A DNA stretch of 64,000 bases from Eledone cirrhosa (taxonomy: Eukaryota), in NCBI GenBank assembly GCA_964016885.1, contig OZ024744.1, positions 42,904,001 through 42,968,000 on the forward strand. Reading direction: 5' to 3'. The notes under the pieces were generated by a model. It saw nothing but the letters and a program-made list of their open reading frames with translations, was not told where the DNA came from and did no database searches. This document shows positions 13,160 to 26,704 of the stretch, one piece after another (position 1 is the stretch's first letter; each line of letters starts with the position of its first letter). A program made the translations under genes and the position numbers.

Positions 13160-15867
13160 TAAACACTACCAGTCATACACATCATCTCTGCCTATGCTCC
13201 CCAGGCAGGTCTATGTAAAGAAGAGAAAGACTGCTTTTACAAACAGCCTCAATGACAGTGGACAGAGACATCGTTATGCTAGCAGGGGACTTCAATGGAC
13301 ATGCTGGACAGCTCCAGGATGGATACACTGGGGTACATGGTGGGCACGGTTACGGCTCAAGAAATGAAGAAGGAGTGAGGCTTCTTGAATTTTGTGATGC
13401 AATTGCACTAACCATTTGCAACACTAACTTCCAGGAGCCTACCAACCACTTAATAACCTACAAATCGGGCAAGCACATAAGCCAGATTGACTTCCTGTTA
13501 GTTAGACAGCGAGACAGACAGATGGTGTCAAATACTAAGGCATACCCCAGGGAAGAATGTACCCCACAGCATAGGTTAGTCGTTAGTGACATCTCAGTAA
13601 GCATGAGAAAGAATGAGGTATACAGGAAGGTGTGGAAAAGAAAGGTCTGGAAACTAAAAGACCTTTCATTAAAATATAAATTTAGCAAAGCCCTTCAAGA
13701 CATGTATGACAAAAAAGAAGACGATTTAGAGTTGTATGACATAGATGATAACTGGAATTTCTTACGTGACAACTTACTGCAGACTACTGAAGAAACTTGT
13801 GGTTGGGGCAGAGCTTCAACCAGACAGAGAGTACTCTGGTGGTGAAACAGCACGGTAGATAGGGCCATTAGATACAAAAGACGCATGGAATGCTTGGAAA
13901 AATGGTGGGAGTAGAGAAGGATATACAGCCACTAAGAGAGAAGCTAGACATCAGGTGTACTTAGCACACAGGGAGGCTGAGAGTAGGAGGTTTGCCAATC
14001 TTCTATGACAGGAAGATCAGAGACGTGCAGTGTTCTGCATTGCAAGGCAGTGTGTCAGTGCAGATCAGGATGTTGGAGATAAGTGTGTCCGGAATGATGC
14101 TGGTGTACTTAGTGTCACGAATAATCAAAATAAGGAGGCCTGGAAATGTCACTATGAGAGACTGATGAATGTGGAGAACAAATGGGAGAGAGAGAAATTA
14201 CCCCCAGTAGACCCAAAAGAGGGGCCAGCTATTGCGATTGACGAATATAGGGTACAAGAGGCAATTATGGAAATGAAGAATGGTAAGGCTGCTGGACCAT
14301 CAGGGATAGTTGCTGAGATGCTGAAGGCATCAAGGGACGTAGGCACTAAACTGGTTGCACGCATCATCAATCAAGCTATATATGCTGCAGCAGTATTCAC
14401 ATAAATTGCTACAAAAGTAAAGGGGATGCTCTAGAGAGGAGCAATTATAGGGGCATAAAGCTGATGGATCAGGTTATGAAAGTGGCAGAGGGAATATTAG
14501 CGGCGCAACTGATTAGAGAAAGGGTCAAATTAGATGAGATGCAGTTTGGTTTTGTGCCTTGGTAAAGTACAACAGATGCCCTCTTCTTAGTGAGGCAACT
14601 ACAAGAGAAGAATAAGCCACTATACTTAGCTTTTGTTGACCTAGAGAAGGCCTTTGATAGGGTACACTGATCTGTCATCTGGTGGTCCCTAAGGAAACTA
14701 GGTGTAGAGGAATGGCTTGTGAGGACAGTGCAAGTTATGTACAGGGGTGATGTCAGTTAAATGAGAATAGGAATGGAGTTTAGTGAGGAATTCCAGATAC
14801 AAGTAGGTGTACATCAGGGTTCAGTCCTCAGCCTGCTCTTGTTTATTATAGTCCTCCAAGCCATAACCGAGGAGTTTAAGACTGGGTGTCCATGGGAACT
14901 TCTCTATGCTGATGATCTGGTTCTTATAGCAGAATCAGTAGCGGAGCAAGAGAATAAATTCTGGCTATGGAAACAGCAGTTGGAATCAAGAGGACTGAGA
15001 GTGAACATAGCTAAGACAAAAGTGTTGATAAGTAGGAAAGAGGACAAAACTCTGATTCCATCAGGGAAATGGCCATGTTCGATATGCAGAAAAGGAACTC
15101 GCATAAATCCATAAAATGTACGCAATGAGATCTTGGGTACACAAGAGATGTAGTGGGATAGCAGGCAAACTACAGGTAGGGAAACTACGTATGCAGTAGA
15201 TGTACAGGGAAAGTTGGCAATAGTAATCGCTGTGATAGACTCATTTTTCCAATGAAGGTGGGTGCTATTGAAATGGTTGATAGCTTCCGGTACCTGGGTG
15301 ATCAGATTAGCATGGGAGGGGGGTGTTCTGAGGCCATAGTATCTAGAATAAGGATGGGTTGGAATAAGTTTAGAGAGCTGCTTCCTCTGTTGACAAAGAA
15401 GAGTTTCTCCCTGCATACAAAAGGACGGTTATATGATGCCTGTGTGACATGATGCATGGTAGTGAGACATGGGCAGCAACTGCAGAGGATATGCGATGGC
15501 TGGAGAGAAATGAAGCAAATATGCTCCGCTGGATGTGCAATGTCAATGTGCCTGAACGACCAAGAATGGATGTGTTGACAAAGAAACTGGGTATAAGAGG
15601 GATAAGTTGTGGTGTGCAGGAGAGAAGGCTGAGATGGTATGGACATGTGATGCGCATGGAGGATGACTGCTGGGTAAAGAAGTGCCAAGAAATCCCAGTA
15701 GAAGTAGACCATGAAAAACATGGGCAGAGGTGGTGAGAGCAGACCTCAGATGGCTGAAACTCACCGAGGAGATGACGAAGGACCGTGACAAGTGGAGAGA
15801 TGCTGTGCTGAATAGGACCCATCCAACCCTTGCAAGCAGGGAAAAGCGGACGTAAAATGATGATGAT
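13160..15867 (+). mobile_element. 5'-truncated RTE LINE (APE endonuclease + RT), inactivated
   Basis: AGDFNGH and SQIDF endonuclease motifs; GKAAGPSG; GVHQGSVLS; LLYADDL; (GAT)n tail; several stops and frameshifts. Confidence 0.9.
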
Positions 15868-17210
15868 ATATATGCATATATGTGTGTGTGTGTGTATGTA
15901 TACATACATATATATCATCATCATCATTTAATGACTACTTTCCCTTCTAGAATTGTTAGGTGGATCTACATAGGCCAAGTCAGTACTGAAGCAGAGCCAC
16001 TGATGTCCCAGGCAGACTGAGGAGGTCTGTATGCAGTCATATTTAGTGCAGAAGAAAAGTTGCATCTTTTGACACAAACTGAAGGCTTCTCCTAACCTCT
16101 TGTTTGGCAAGCTTTTTACTACTGGATGCCCTTCCTAACACTAACCACTTTATAGCATGTATTGGGTGCTTTTATTTTGTAGATCACTAACAGATCGTAC
16201 CTTGAGCTGATCAATTATGAAACACGCATCACATCTAAATAAACTTAATGATGATATTCTGGCACCTTGTTCTTACATACTATTAATATTACACTGTTCT
16301 TATGAAGGAAACTGACCTTAATATAACTCCAAATGTACAACACCACATATTGTACTTAAACGATCCCACCTATGCATTAAATGGTCAAGTTGATGAACCA
16401 ACAGTAACGTATGGTTACAATCCATGAAACTGTATATATATGAGAATTTTTGGTAACATTTATCTATATTTTTCTTCAAACTTACATTTTAGACTTAGTT
16501 CTGTTTATATGATTATTTGTCTAGTTAATTTCTACGGACTAAGAGGAAAGATTAGGTAAATTTTATCTGACTGTTCCTCATAAAGGAATATCAATAACAT
16601 TTATCTGTTATTTGGTCAAAGTTATATTTTAAACTTAGTTTCGATTATTTATCTAGTTAATTTCTATGGACTAAGAAGAAAAGAATTGGATAAATTTTGA
16701 CTGACTATTCTTCATGGTAAGAACAGTGGATATGTGCATCTGTTTGTGTCTAGGCCCATGATTGGTCATTCTATATGCTTGTTTGTCTCTGGCTGGTTCG
16801 TCCACAGATTTGATGTGATTTTGTTGTGTTAACACTGGTCTGAGGATCAGGCAGATTGGAGTCTGGTCTGGGGTGCCAACCTTGACCACAAGCCAGCTGC
16901 TTGAGAAACATTTGTAACCAAGATTGAGCAATAAATTTCCTATGTAACATCTCCACTTTGTTATTATATAGACTCTGATCTGCATCAAGTGTTGACCTTG
17001 GTTCTCTCACCAGTTTTTTTCGGACTTACTGAAACTTCTCCACACTCATATACACACATACACACACGCATATATATATATATATTTATATAATTCAAAA
17101 TTCAATAAGACGAAGGATTAGTATTATTATTATTTATTTATATTAATAATACTATTTATTATTTATATTATTAATACTAATTTATATTAATAATACAATT
17201 TATTTATATT

Positions 17211-17398
17211 GAGGGTCGGAGAGGCAGTATCGGTAGAGGGTCGGACGCCATGCTTTGCAGCATAGAGTTACGGCCCTTTACGATCTGAGTTAAAATCCCG
17301 CCGGGGTTAACTTTGCCTTTCATCCTTACGGGGTCAATAAAATAAAGTACCAGTAATACACTGAGATAATTGCTGGCCTTATGCCAAAAGTAGAAACA
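17211..17398 (+). mobile_element. Octopus-type SINE
   Basis: tRNA-like head with B-box-like gagttaaaatcccgcc, then actttgcctttcatccttacggggtcaataaaataaagtaccag. Confidence 0.7.
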
Positions 17399-18299
17399 CT
17401 TATTATTTATTTATATAAATAAATAATAATACTAATCCTTGGTCTTATTGAATTGGTCTTATGCTACTGTAACTGCCCTTTATTGATCCAGTTTATGCTC
17501 GCTCCTGAAGAACAAAAGGTAAAAATAGTGCATTGAGCTTAACTCATCTTACCAATGAAAATAGTAAACTATTACACTATAACCTGATAATTTGCCTGGT
17601 ATAAGCAGTATTTAAAATCGAATTTCACAATAACATTGTAGATAACAATTTCAAGATGCATTGGATTACATAGGAGCCAATGAAACATGTTAATACTTGA
17701 AATAAGCCCTATAGTATAGCTCATCTGTGTTATTCTTCATTCATTCACTATTAATACACTGCTGACCTCAGAACTGTATGAAATCGGCCATCCGAATGCA
17801 ATAACTAAGTAAACATCTTGTTGAGTCAATCATTAAAATCCTCTATTTGGATTACCTTAAACGATACCTCATTTACTTATATATATATATTTATTAAAAT
17901 AACAGATTAAAGTTTAAGCAAAGAATCGCTGCTTTCACCCTTAATGGGATCTTCTATCCTTATCAAGGCCTCTTTAAGATTGGATTTTAGTCTTCATATT
18001 TATTATTACTATGCTGGCCAATATGACTGTCTCTACTAAGTCATCTACTCCCTTCCTCTCTCTTACATTATTATTATTGTTGTATTTATCATTTCGCTGG
18101 CCCTTTCACAACACATATTTATTCTTTACCCTTATCTTTGGCCAGTATGACTGTCTCTATGAAGTCATCTACTCCCTTCAAAATCCTAACATTTCGCCTT
18201 GTCTAATATAGGCACTCGTATCAGTTTATTTCGCCAAAATACCCTGAGATGCTATAGGCAATGATGGCTACCTATCTCACAATTTCCCTCCTGCCCACC

Positions 18300-20080
18300 C
18301 CCTCACACCGCCATAGCCTATTCGACCAATCAAATCTCAGCATGTCCCCCATTACCAACCCCAACAAACTCCCTGAATTCTACCGTTATGTATGGATGAG
18401 CTGAGAATAAATGGAGCAACCCCCGAATTAATAAATGAAAATGAATATGAATCCGCGAGCTACCAAGCACCCATGCAAAGCTCCAATTCAGAGACAGGAA
18501 GCACACACACCCCTGCAAAAATTTACCCTTTCCCACGAATGTTGACAAATGCCCAAAATTCTGAGTTGGTACCATCAATGTAAGCACAATGAAAGGAAGA
18601 GCAGGAGAAATCGTAGAGATGTTATAGCGAAAGGAAATTGATGTATGCTGTGTGCAAGAGACTAGATGGAGAGGAGAGTCTGCTAGAATCCTTGTAGGCA
18701 AAAGCAGTGCTACAAATTTTTCTGGGTGGGAAATGACGATGGGATGGGTGGTGTAGGTATCCTACTAGCTGACAAATGGGTAGATAAGGTAATCTCAATG
18801 AACAGGGTGAATGCAAGAATCATTAAACTCAGACTAGTCTTGAATAAAACAATTACCACAATAATATCAACTTACGCACCCCAAACGGGGTTGCCAGACG
18901 AACTTAAAGATAGGTTTTACGAGTCCCTAATGTATACTACTGTTGTAACAAACGACAATGACTTCCTAATCATTGCAGGAGATTTTAACAGGCACGTAGG
19001 TAAACACCGTGACGGCTTCTATAGAGGCCATGGGGTTGGCACAAGAAATGAAGAAGGCTTCAGGCTTCTAGAATTCTGCGACGCCAATGACATGTCGATA
19101 TGTAACACACACTTCAAAAATCCCAATAACCATCTGATCACCTTTAGATCAGGGGAGCATTCTAGTCAGATATATTTTATCCTCATCAGAGGACGTGACA
19201 GATGGACGGTCGTAAACACAAAAGCCTTCCTTAGTGAGGAATGTACTTCCCAACATAACTTAGTTGTCAGCGACCTCACGGTCAGAACTAGACGAACTTG
19301 GAAACAGAAGCCAACCTGGAGAAGAAAGATCTGGAAGCCGAAAGACCCCTCAGCCAGTAACAGATTTAAAGATATTTTACTCAACGCCTATGACAGTAAA
19401 GAAGAACAGAGAGAGACATTCAATGTAGAAGAGCACTGGGAGTTCCTAAAAAATAACATACTAAAGGCGACGGATGAGATCTGTGACTGGAGTAAGACCA
19501 CAGGCAGGAGGAGAGTGACTTGGTGGTGGAACAATAAGGTAGATGAGGCAGTTAAAGGGGGGGAGTACAATAACTAGGGTAAGAATGCAATGGAAGAAGT
19601 TCAGGGAGCTACTGCCACTGCTAGCTGCAAAAGGCTTTTGCCTCAAAATGAAAGGCAGACTGTATGATGCGTGTATACGAACATGGTAGTGAGACCTGGG
19701 CATTGTCTGTGGAAGACTTGCATAGATTAGAAAGAAACAAAGCCTGCATGCTGCGATGGATGTGTAATAGTAATATACGTGAACGGCAAAGCATAAATGA
19801 ATTGAGAGAGAGACTGAGCATACGAGGAATCAAATGCTGTGTGCAGGAGAGGTGGTTGCGTTGGTATGGAAATGTGATGCATATGAAGAATGACAGCTGC
19901 ATAAAAAGGTGCAGAGCACTAGAAGTCGATGGAAACCGCGGAGGGGGGAGACCCAAGAAGATCTTGGATGAGGTGATAAAAGCCAACCTTACCCAATTAC
20001 ACCTTTCAAAGGTGATGACACACGACCGTGACCTCTGGTGTCATGCAGTAATACAGAAGACCCGACTTCCCACAGGAACA
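18300..20080 (+). mobile_element. RTE LINE with large internal deletion
   Basis: Endonuclease motifs (CCVQETRW, GVGIL, YAPQ, AGDFN) to ~19555 join directly to the post-RT 3' region (KKFRELL...GRPKK). Confidence 0.85.
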
Positions 20081-20204
20081 AGCCCCGAAGCTGAAGTATA
20101 TAGACACTGCAAAGTGGTCGTGGTATCTTAGCGTGTATCACAAACTTACGATTTGAACACATATATGTATATATCTGTGTTCGTTTTTCTTTTATATTCA
20201 ATTA

Positions 20205-21800
20205 TATATCCCCTGTTCCATTATCTGGTGGGCTCTTAGAAAACTAGGTGTTGATGAATGGCTTGTGAGAGCTATACAAGCCATGTATAAAGAAACAGTC
20301 AGCAAGGTTAGAATTAACAACGAATATAGTGAAGAGTTTAGCGTAAAAGTTGGTGTTCATCAGGGCTCCGTTCTTAGCCTCCTACTATTTATTATTGCCC
20401 TTCAGGCTATAACAGTGGAGTTCAAGACCGGCTGCCCATGGGAACTCCTATATGCAGATGATCTAACGCTCATAGCTGAATCAATTGGCGAACTAGAGAA
20501 GAAATTCCAAACATGGAAGCACGGCCTAGAATCAAAAGGCCTTAAAATTAACCTGGCTAAGACTAAAGTTCTAGTTTGAAGGAAGGAAAATAGGGCGCCG
20601 GTCCCATCCAGGAAATGGCCATGCTCAGTGTGTAGGAAAGACGTAGGTAGAAACTCCATTTTATGTCCCAAATGCAAAGTATAGGGTGCATAAAAGATGT
20701 AGTGGGATCACAGGTAAGGTAACTAAGAACATAGATTTTACATGTGGCCGGTGCTCTGGTGCAATAAGTAGCAGCAAGTGCCCACAAATACTAGCTCTTT
20801 CAATTGCACAGAGGGTTCTATAGAAATAGTGGACAGCTTCCGTTACCTGGGTGACAAATTCAGCAGTGGGGGAGGGTGCTCTGAAAGTACAGTAGCTAGA
20901 GTCAGAACTGGATGGGAAAAGTTCAGAGAGCTTATACCACTATTAGCCGCTAAAGGGTTCTCCCTAAAAATGAAAGGCAGGCTGTATGATGCCTGCATAC
21001 GAACAGCAATGTTGCATGGCAGTGAGACCTGAGCATTGTGTGCAGAGGATATACGCAGACTAGAGAGGAACGAAGCTTGCATGCTCCGCTGGATGTGTAA
21101 TAGTAATATACGTGAACGGCAAAGCATTAACGAACTAGGGGAAAAATTAGAAATAAGAGGGATCAGATGTTGTTTACTCGAGAGAAGGCTACGTTGGTAT
21201 GGTCACGTGATGCGCATGAAAGACGACAGCTGTATAAAAAAGTGCAGGGCAATAAAAATAGACTGGAGCCACGGAGTAGGCAGACCCAGAAAAACCTGGG
21301 ACGACTTGATAAATTCCGACCTCACACACTTACACCTCTCCAAGACAATGTCACTGGACCGAGATCTTTGGCGGTACTCAGTAATAGAGAAGACCCGCCT
21401 TACCTAAATACAAAGTAAAACCTACTACAGTCAGTAGGCACCTCTAACAAAATACACCCCCGTCCCACTACCCCCACCCCATCCACACCGCCCCTTTCAA
21501 TGTAAAGTTATGTTGGTACCACAACATCCAGGTCGAAACAAATGAAGTCGTGTAGGTGTCACGACAAAAAAAAACACACAGTCCACGCTGTAATGTGGCC
21601 ATGTAGGTAACACGGTAAAAATCTCCCAGTTCCACACTGTAAATGTGGTTGGTGTTAGGAAGGGCATCCAGCCGTAGAAAACCCTCCAGACAGTCCTATG
21701 CGAGCAAGACAACCACTCTTGCCTCAAGTGGGAAAACTCCCGTCCAAACCCATGCAAGCGTGGAATATGGACGTTAAACGATGATGATGATGATGATGAT
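20205..21800 (+). mobile_element. RTE LINE 3' half with 3'UTR and (GAT)n tail
   Basis: GVHQGSVLS, LLYADDL, Cys-rich insert, FRYLGD, RLRWYGHV; tail at 21780-21799. Confidence 0.9.
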
Positions 21801-22188
21801 ATATATATATATATAATATACTCTGCTCTGTGTGAGCATTGAGTGCTCAATCAGCATATCGCCTACAGCCGCATTTACCTTGCAACCCTACAACTATATA
21901 TATATATATATATATATATATGCAGAGGTTATATTTGATTTGTTGGGATTCAACAAGCTTAATAACATTTTTATAACTTGTGGACTATCCAAGAAGCTCC
22001 AACCGTTAAGGTTGTCTTTTTTTCCGAGTATGTCAATATTTATTTATAAAACAAATCTGTATTTTATCTGATGAAAGCGCACCATAATTTGCCTTGGGTG
22101 TCCTTGAAATATATATAATAAAATAAATGTGGTTTTATAGATATAGTTTCCATTTATTAATATATTGTATATACATTTATATATATAT

Positions 22189-22360
22189 AGGAAAATGTTC
22201 AAGACCCCGATGGCAGAGCTCAAGCCGTTTCGATGGCTATTTCTGGACCCTACAACTATATATATGTAAGGAACCAGATGGACCATAACGTACCAGAGTA
22301 CTCAATACTTAGGGTAGTAGAGTGGGTAATAGGAATATATATATATATATAGATAGATAT

Positions 22361-22409
<49 letters not shown>

Positions 22410-22602
22410 AAGATATATGCACAAATGTTCAAGACCCCAATGGCAGAGCTCAAGCCGTTTCGACAGCTATTTCTGGTCCAGAAAATGCCGTCGAAACGGC
22501 TTGAGCCCTGCCATCGGTGTGTCTTGAATATTTTCCTATTACCCATTCTAATACCCTAAGTATTGAGTACTCTGGTACGTTATAGTCCATATGGTTCCTT
22601 AC
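22189..22602. repeat. Foldback inverted repeat with microsatellite interruption and a duplicated arm
   Basis: 22266-22335 pairs with 22532-22602; ~22424-22475 pairs with ~22478-22532; 22189-22247 is a direct copy of the inner arm. Confidence 0.8.
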
Positions 22603-22665
22603 CACACTTCTTTCATTATATATATATATATATCTGTGTGTGAGTGTGTATGTGTGCGCGTATAT

Positions 22666-25600
22666 ATCATCATCATCATCATCATCGTTTAACGTCCATC
22701 TTCCACGCTAGCATGGGTTAGACGGGAGTTGTCCCACTTGAGGCAAGATTGGTCGGGTGACCGTGTCTCGCTCATATAGGACTAGCTGGCAGGTTTTCTA
22801 CGGCTGGATGCCCTTCCTAACACCAACCACATTTACAGTGTGGAACTGGGAACTTTTTACCGTGTTACCTACATGGCCACATTACAGCGTGGAATGTGTG
22901 TTTTTTTGTCGTGACACCTACACGATCTCAATCTCATTATCTCATTTATTTGGACTGGATGTTGTGGTACTAACTTTACAGAGAGAGGGTGGTGTTGATG
23001 GGAGTGGGAGGTTAGAGTAGGGGTAGTGGATTGGGGTGTATATTTGGTTAAGAGATGCCTACTGACTGTGGGTTTCGCTTTGTACATAGACAAGGCGGGT
23101 CTTCTGTATTACTGCGTAGCGCCAAAGCTCTCGGTCCAGTGACATTGTATTAGAGAGGTGCGAGTGTATAAGGTCGGAATTTATCAGATCGTCCCAGGTT
23201 TTTCTGGGTCTACCTACTCCGAAACTACCATCAATTTTGATCGCCCTGCACTTTTTGATACAGCTGTCGTCTTTCATGCGCATCACGTTCCCATACCAAC
23301 GTAGTCTTCTCTCAAGTAAACAGCATCTGATCCCTCTTATTCCTAATTACTCACTTAGTTTATTTATGCTTTGCCGTCCACGTATATTACTATTACACAT
23401 CCAACGGAGCATGCATGCTTCGTTCCTTTCCAGTCTGCGTATATCCTCTTCACACAATGCCCATGTCTCACTGCCATGTAACATTGCTGTTCGTATGCAG
23501 GCATCATACAATCTGCCTTTCATTTTTAGAGAGAAACCTTTTGTGGCCAACAGCGGTACAAGCTCTCTGAACTTTTTCCATCCCGTTCTGACTCCGGCTA
23601 CTGTACTTTCAGAACACCCTCCACCACTGCTGATTTCGTCAACCAGGTAACGGAAAGTTTCCACTATTTCTATAGAACTATCTGGGCAATGGAAGGAGGT
23701 AGTATCCTGTGGGCACTTGTTACTTATTGCACCTGAGCATCAGCCACATATAAAATCTACGTTCTTAGATAGTTTACCTGTGATCCCACTACAACTTTTA
23801 TGTACCCATAGTTTGCATTTGGGACATAAAATGGAATTTTTGCCTACTCCTTTCCTACACACTGAGCATGGCCATTTCCCTGAGGGCACCTGTGTCGTAT
23901 TTTCCTTTCTACAAACTAAAACTTTAATCTTAGACAAGTTAACTTTAAGGCCTTTTGATTCTAGGCCATGCTTCTATGTTTGGAATTTCTTCAAAGTTCA
24001 GTCATTGATCAGCTATGAGAGTTAGATCATCTGTGTATAGGAGTTCCCATTTCTGTGACCTTCATGACCTGGTCAACTAACTTAATGCCTCTATAGTTTC
24101 CCCTATCTAGAGCATCCCCTTTACTCTTGTAACAGTTAATGATGATGCTGCTATGCCAGTCTTTTGGTATGACCCCATTCTGTATTACTTGGTTAACTAT
24201 CCGGGTGACCATAGAATGTCCCACCATTCCAGATGCCTTCAACATCTCAGCAACTATCTCCGAAGACCCAGCTGCCTTGCTTGTCTTCATATCTTTGATT
24301 GCCTTACTTATTATATTACCTTTAACTTGCACCGCTGGTCCTTCTATTGGATCGATTTGGAGTAGACTATCTTTTTCCCACTTATTCTCCTCATTTAATA
24401 GTCTCTCGTAGTGACACTTCCATGCTATTTATAATTATCAGTATTAGTGAGGGCAAGTACACCATTATCATTATGGACACACTTCCCGCCGACAATATCA
24501 CGGTTTTCCTTGACACATTGTCTAGCAACCCTGAACACCTCACGTTTTTTGGTCCTCACGTTGTAGAACATGCTTGAACTTTCTATCCTCTGCTTCCCTT
24601 TTTGCAAGGTACACTTGTCTCCTAGCTTCTCTCCTGGCCACTTGATAGTGCTCTCTACTTCCCCCATTCTGCCATACTTTCCAAGCCTGCTTTTGGCCTT
24701 GAGTGTCTCTTCCACCTTACTGTTCCACCACCAAGTTACTCTCCTCCTGCCAATAGGTCTCCTCCAGCCATAGATTTCATCCTTCACTTTCAGCAGGTTC
24801 ACTTTCAAGAATTCCCACTGTTCCTCCTATATTGCACATCTCTAATTGCTCTACCTTATTGTCAAAGGCATCAAGTAATAAGCTTTTAAATTTGTCACTG
24901 GCTATGGGGTCCTTCAACTTCCATATTCTTTTCCTCAGGGTAGGCCTCTTCTGTCGTCGTGTACATCTATTCCTAACTATGAGGTCACTAACTACTAGGC
25001 TATGTTGGGAGGTGCATTCTTCACGGCGGAGGGATTTAGTGTTTACAACAGACACTTTGTCACGTCTGTCTTCTAGTAAGGATATAATCTATCTAGCGGG
25101 CGTGTTCCCCTGATCTATAGGTGATCAAGTTGTTTTCTCATTTTTTGAAGTTTGTGTTACATATAGTTAGGTTATTAGCGTAACAGAATTCCAGGATTCT
25201 GAAGCCCTCCTCATTTCTATTTCCAAACCCATAGCCTCCATGGATTCCATCATAGCCATCACTATGTTGTCCGACGTGGCCGTTTAGATCGCCAGCAATA
25301 ATTAGGTAGTCGCTGTCGGTTATTTGGGAGGTAGTCTGCATTAGCGTCTCATAGAACCTGTCCTTGTCAGGTAGATAAGATTGGGGTGCATAAGCGGATA
25401 TTATTGTCACAGTAGTTCTATTTAGAACTAGTCTTATTTTAATTATTCTGTCATTCACTCTATTTACGTCAATTACCTTATCTACCTATTTTTTAGCTAA
25501 CATAATTCCTACACCACCCAGTCCGTTGTCATTTCCCACCCAGAAAAGTTTATAGCATCGCTTTTTACCCACGATGAATCTGGCAGACCCACCTCTCCAC

Positions 25601-25900
25601 CTAGTCTCTTGAACACAACACTCATCAACTTCTTTACGTTCAAGCATCTCTACAACCTCATTTGAGCGACCTTTCAATGTGCCTACTTTCATGGTACCAA
25701 CTATGAAGTTGGGAGGGTGGGATAGATGGGTTGGAGGGGCAGGGAGGGGTGTGGGAGACGGAATTATGTTGGTCATCCGTGTATGAAATAAAGAGGGGTC
25801 CTTGTATTCTCGTCCTGCAGCGGGAGGTGAATTTATCTTTATCTGTGACATTGACATTGAGTGCTTAGACTTTCCAAATTCCGCAGTCCACCGATCAAAC
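22666..25900 (-). mobile_element. Near full-length RTE LINE with an internal RT deletion at ~24050
   Basis: Endonuclease ORFs 25486-25857 and 25138-25458, RT pieces, 3'UTR and (CAT)n tail at 22667-22686. Confidence 0.9.
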
Positions 25901-26039
25901 AGGTCTAAACTTAAGGAGTAGTAACCGAGGTGGTAGCTTTGCTATACTGATTTGTGGAAGGGTCCAACAGAATGAGACATATTATTAAAAACATGTAAAA
26001 TATTAATTGATATTCCGAGAGAAATATGTGTATATGTAC

Positions 26040-26340
26040 ACATATATATACTGCATTTTTTGTATTTGTTTTGCAAGATTTTTTATGTAAAAATGTTGTT
26101 GAACAGATATTATACATTAGAAGGATCATGTTGCAAATAAAAACACACACACACCTGTTGAGTTTTACTTCAATTTATTATCACAATTTCCTGTCAGTTA
26201 GTTTAATAATCAGATGGTTGTTTAGTTGTTGATTATCAGAGCCCTTTCGTCACACATTCTTTGACCTCTTCAGTGACTATTTTAGTTATTTTGTGTCTCC
26301 TCTTTGTTCTCTTTTACACCATCTTGTCGGTGTGGGTTGT
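26040..26340 (-). mobile_element. Old solo pLTR remnant related to PLE family 2, with degenerate hammerhead
   Basis: gttgaacagatatt...ttcaattt...ctttcgtcacaca...tgacctcttcagtgact aligns with the pLTR at 53820-54070. Confidence 0.7.
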
Positions 26341-26623
26341 ATACCTGGACTGCACATGCCTTACACTATTTATTTATTTATTTGTTATTTATTTTTCTCG
26401 CTCTTTTCTCTCTTTCCTACTTATCACTAGTTAGTTGTTATCCTGATTTTTTATTATATATATATGTGTGGGGGAGGGGGGTGTCTGTGACTAAGGACAA
26501 TATAAAGACACAAGATCAAAACTAAAAATGAACAGATAGATTCCCTTCCCACACTACACACATATATAGTACACAAAAACCAGGATAACAATTAATTAAG
26601 ATAACAATTACTTATGACTCACC

Positions 26624-26681
<58 letters not shown>

Positions 26682-26704
26682 ATACATATATGTACATATA
26701 TACA

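Noticed and set aside
16490-17030. Short duplication and minus-strand ORFs 16671-17010
   Set aside because: No recognisable motif or splice support; probably an unclassified repeat remnant.
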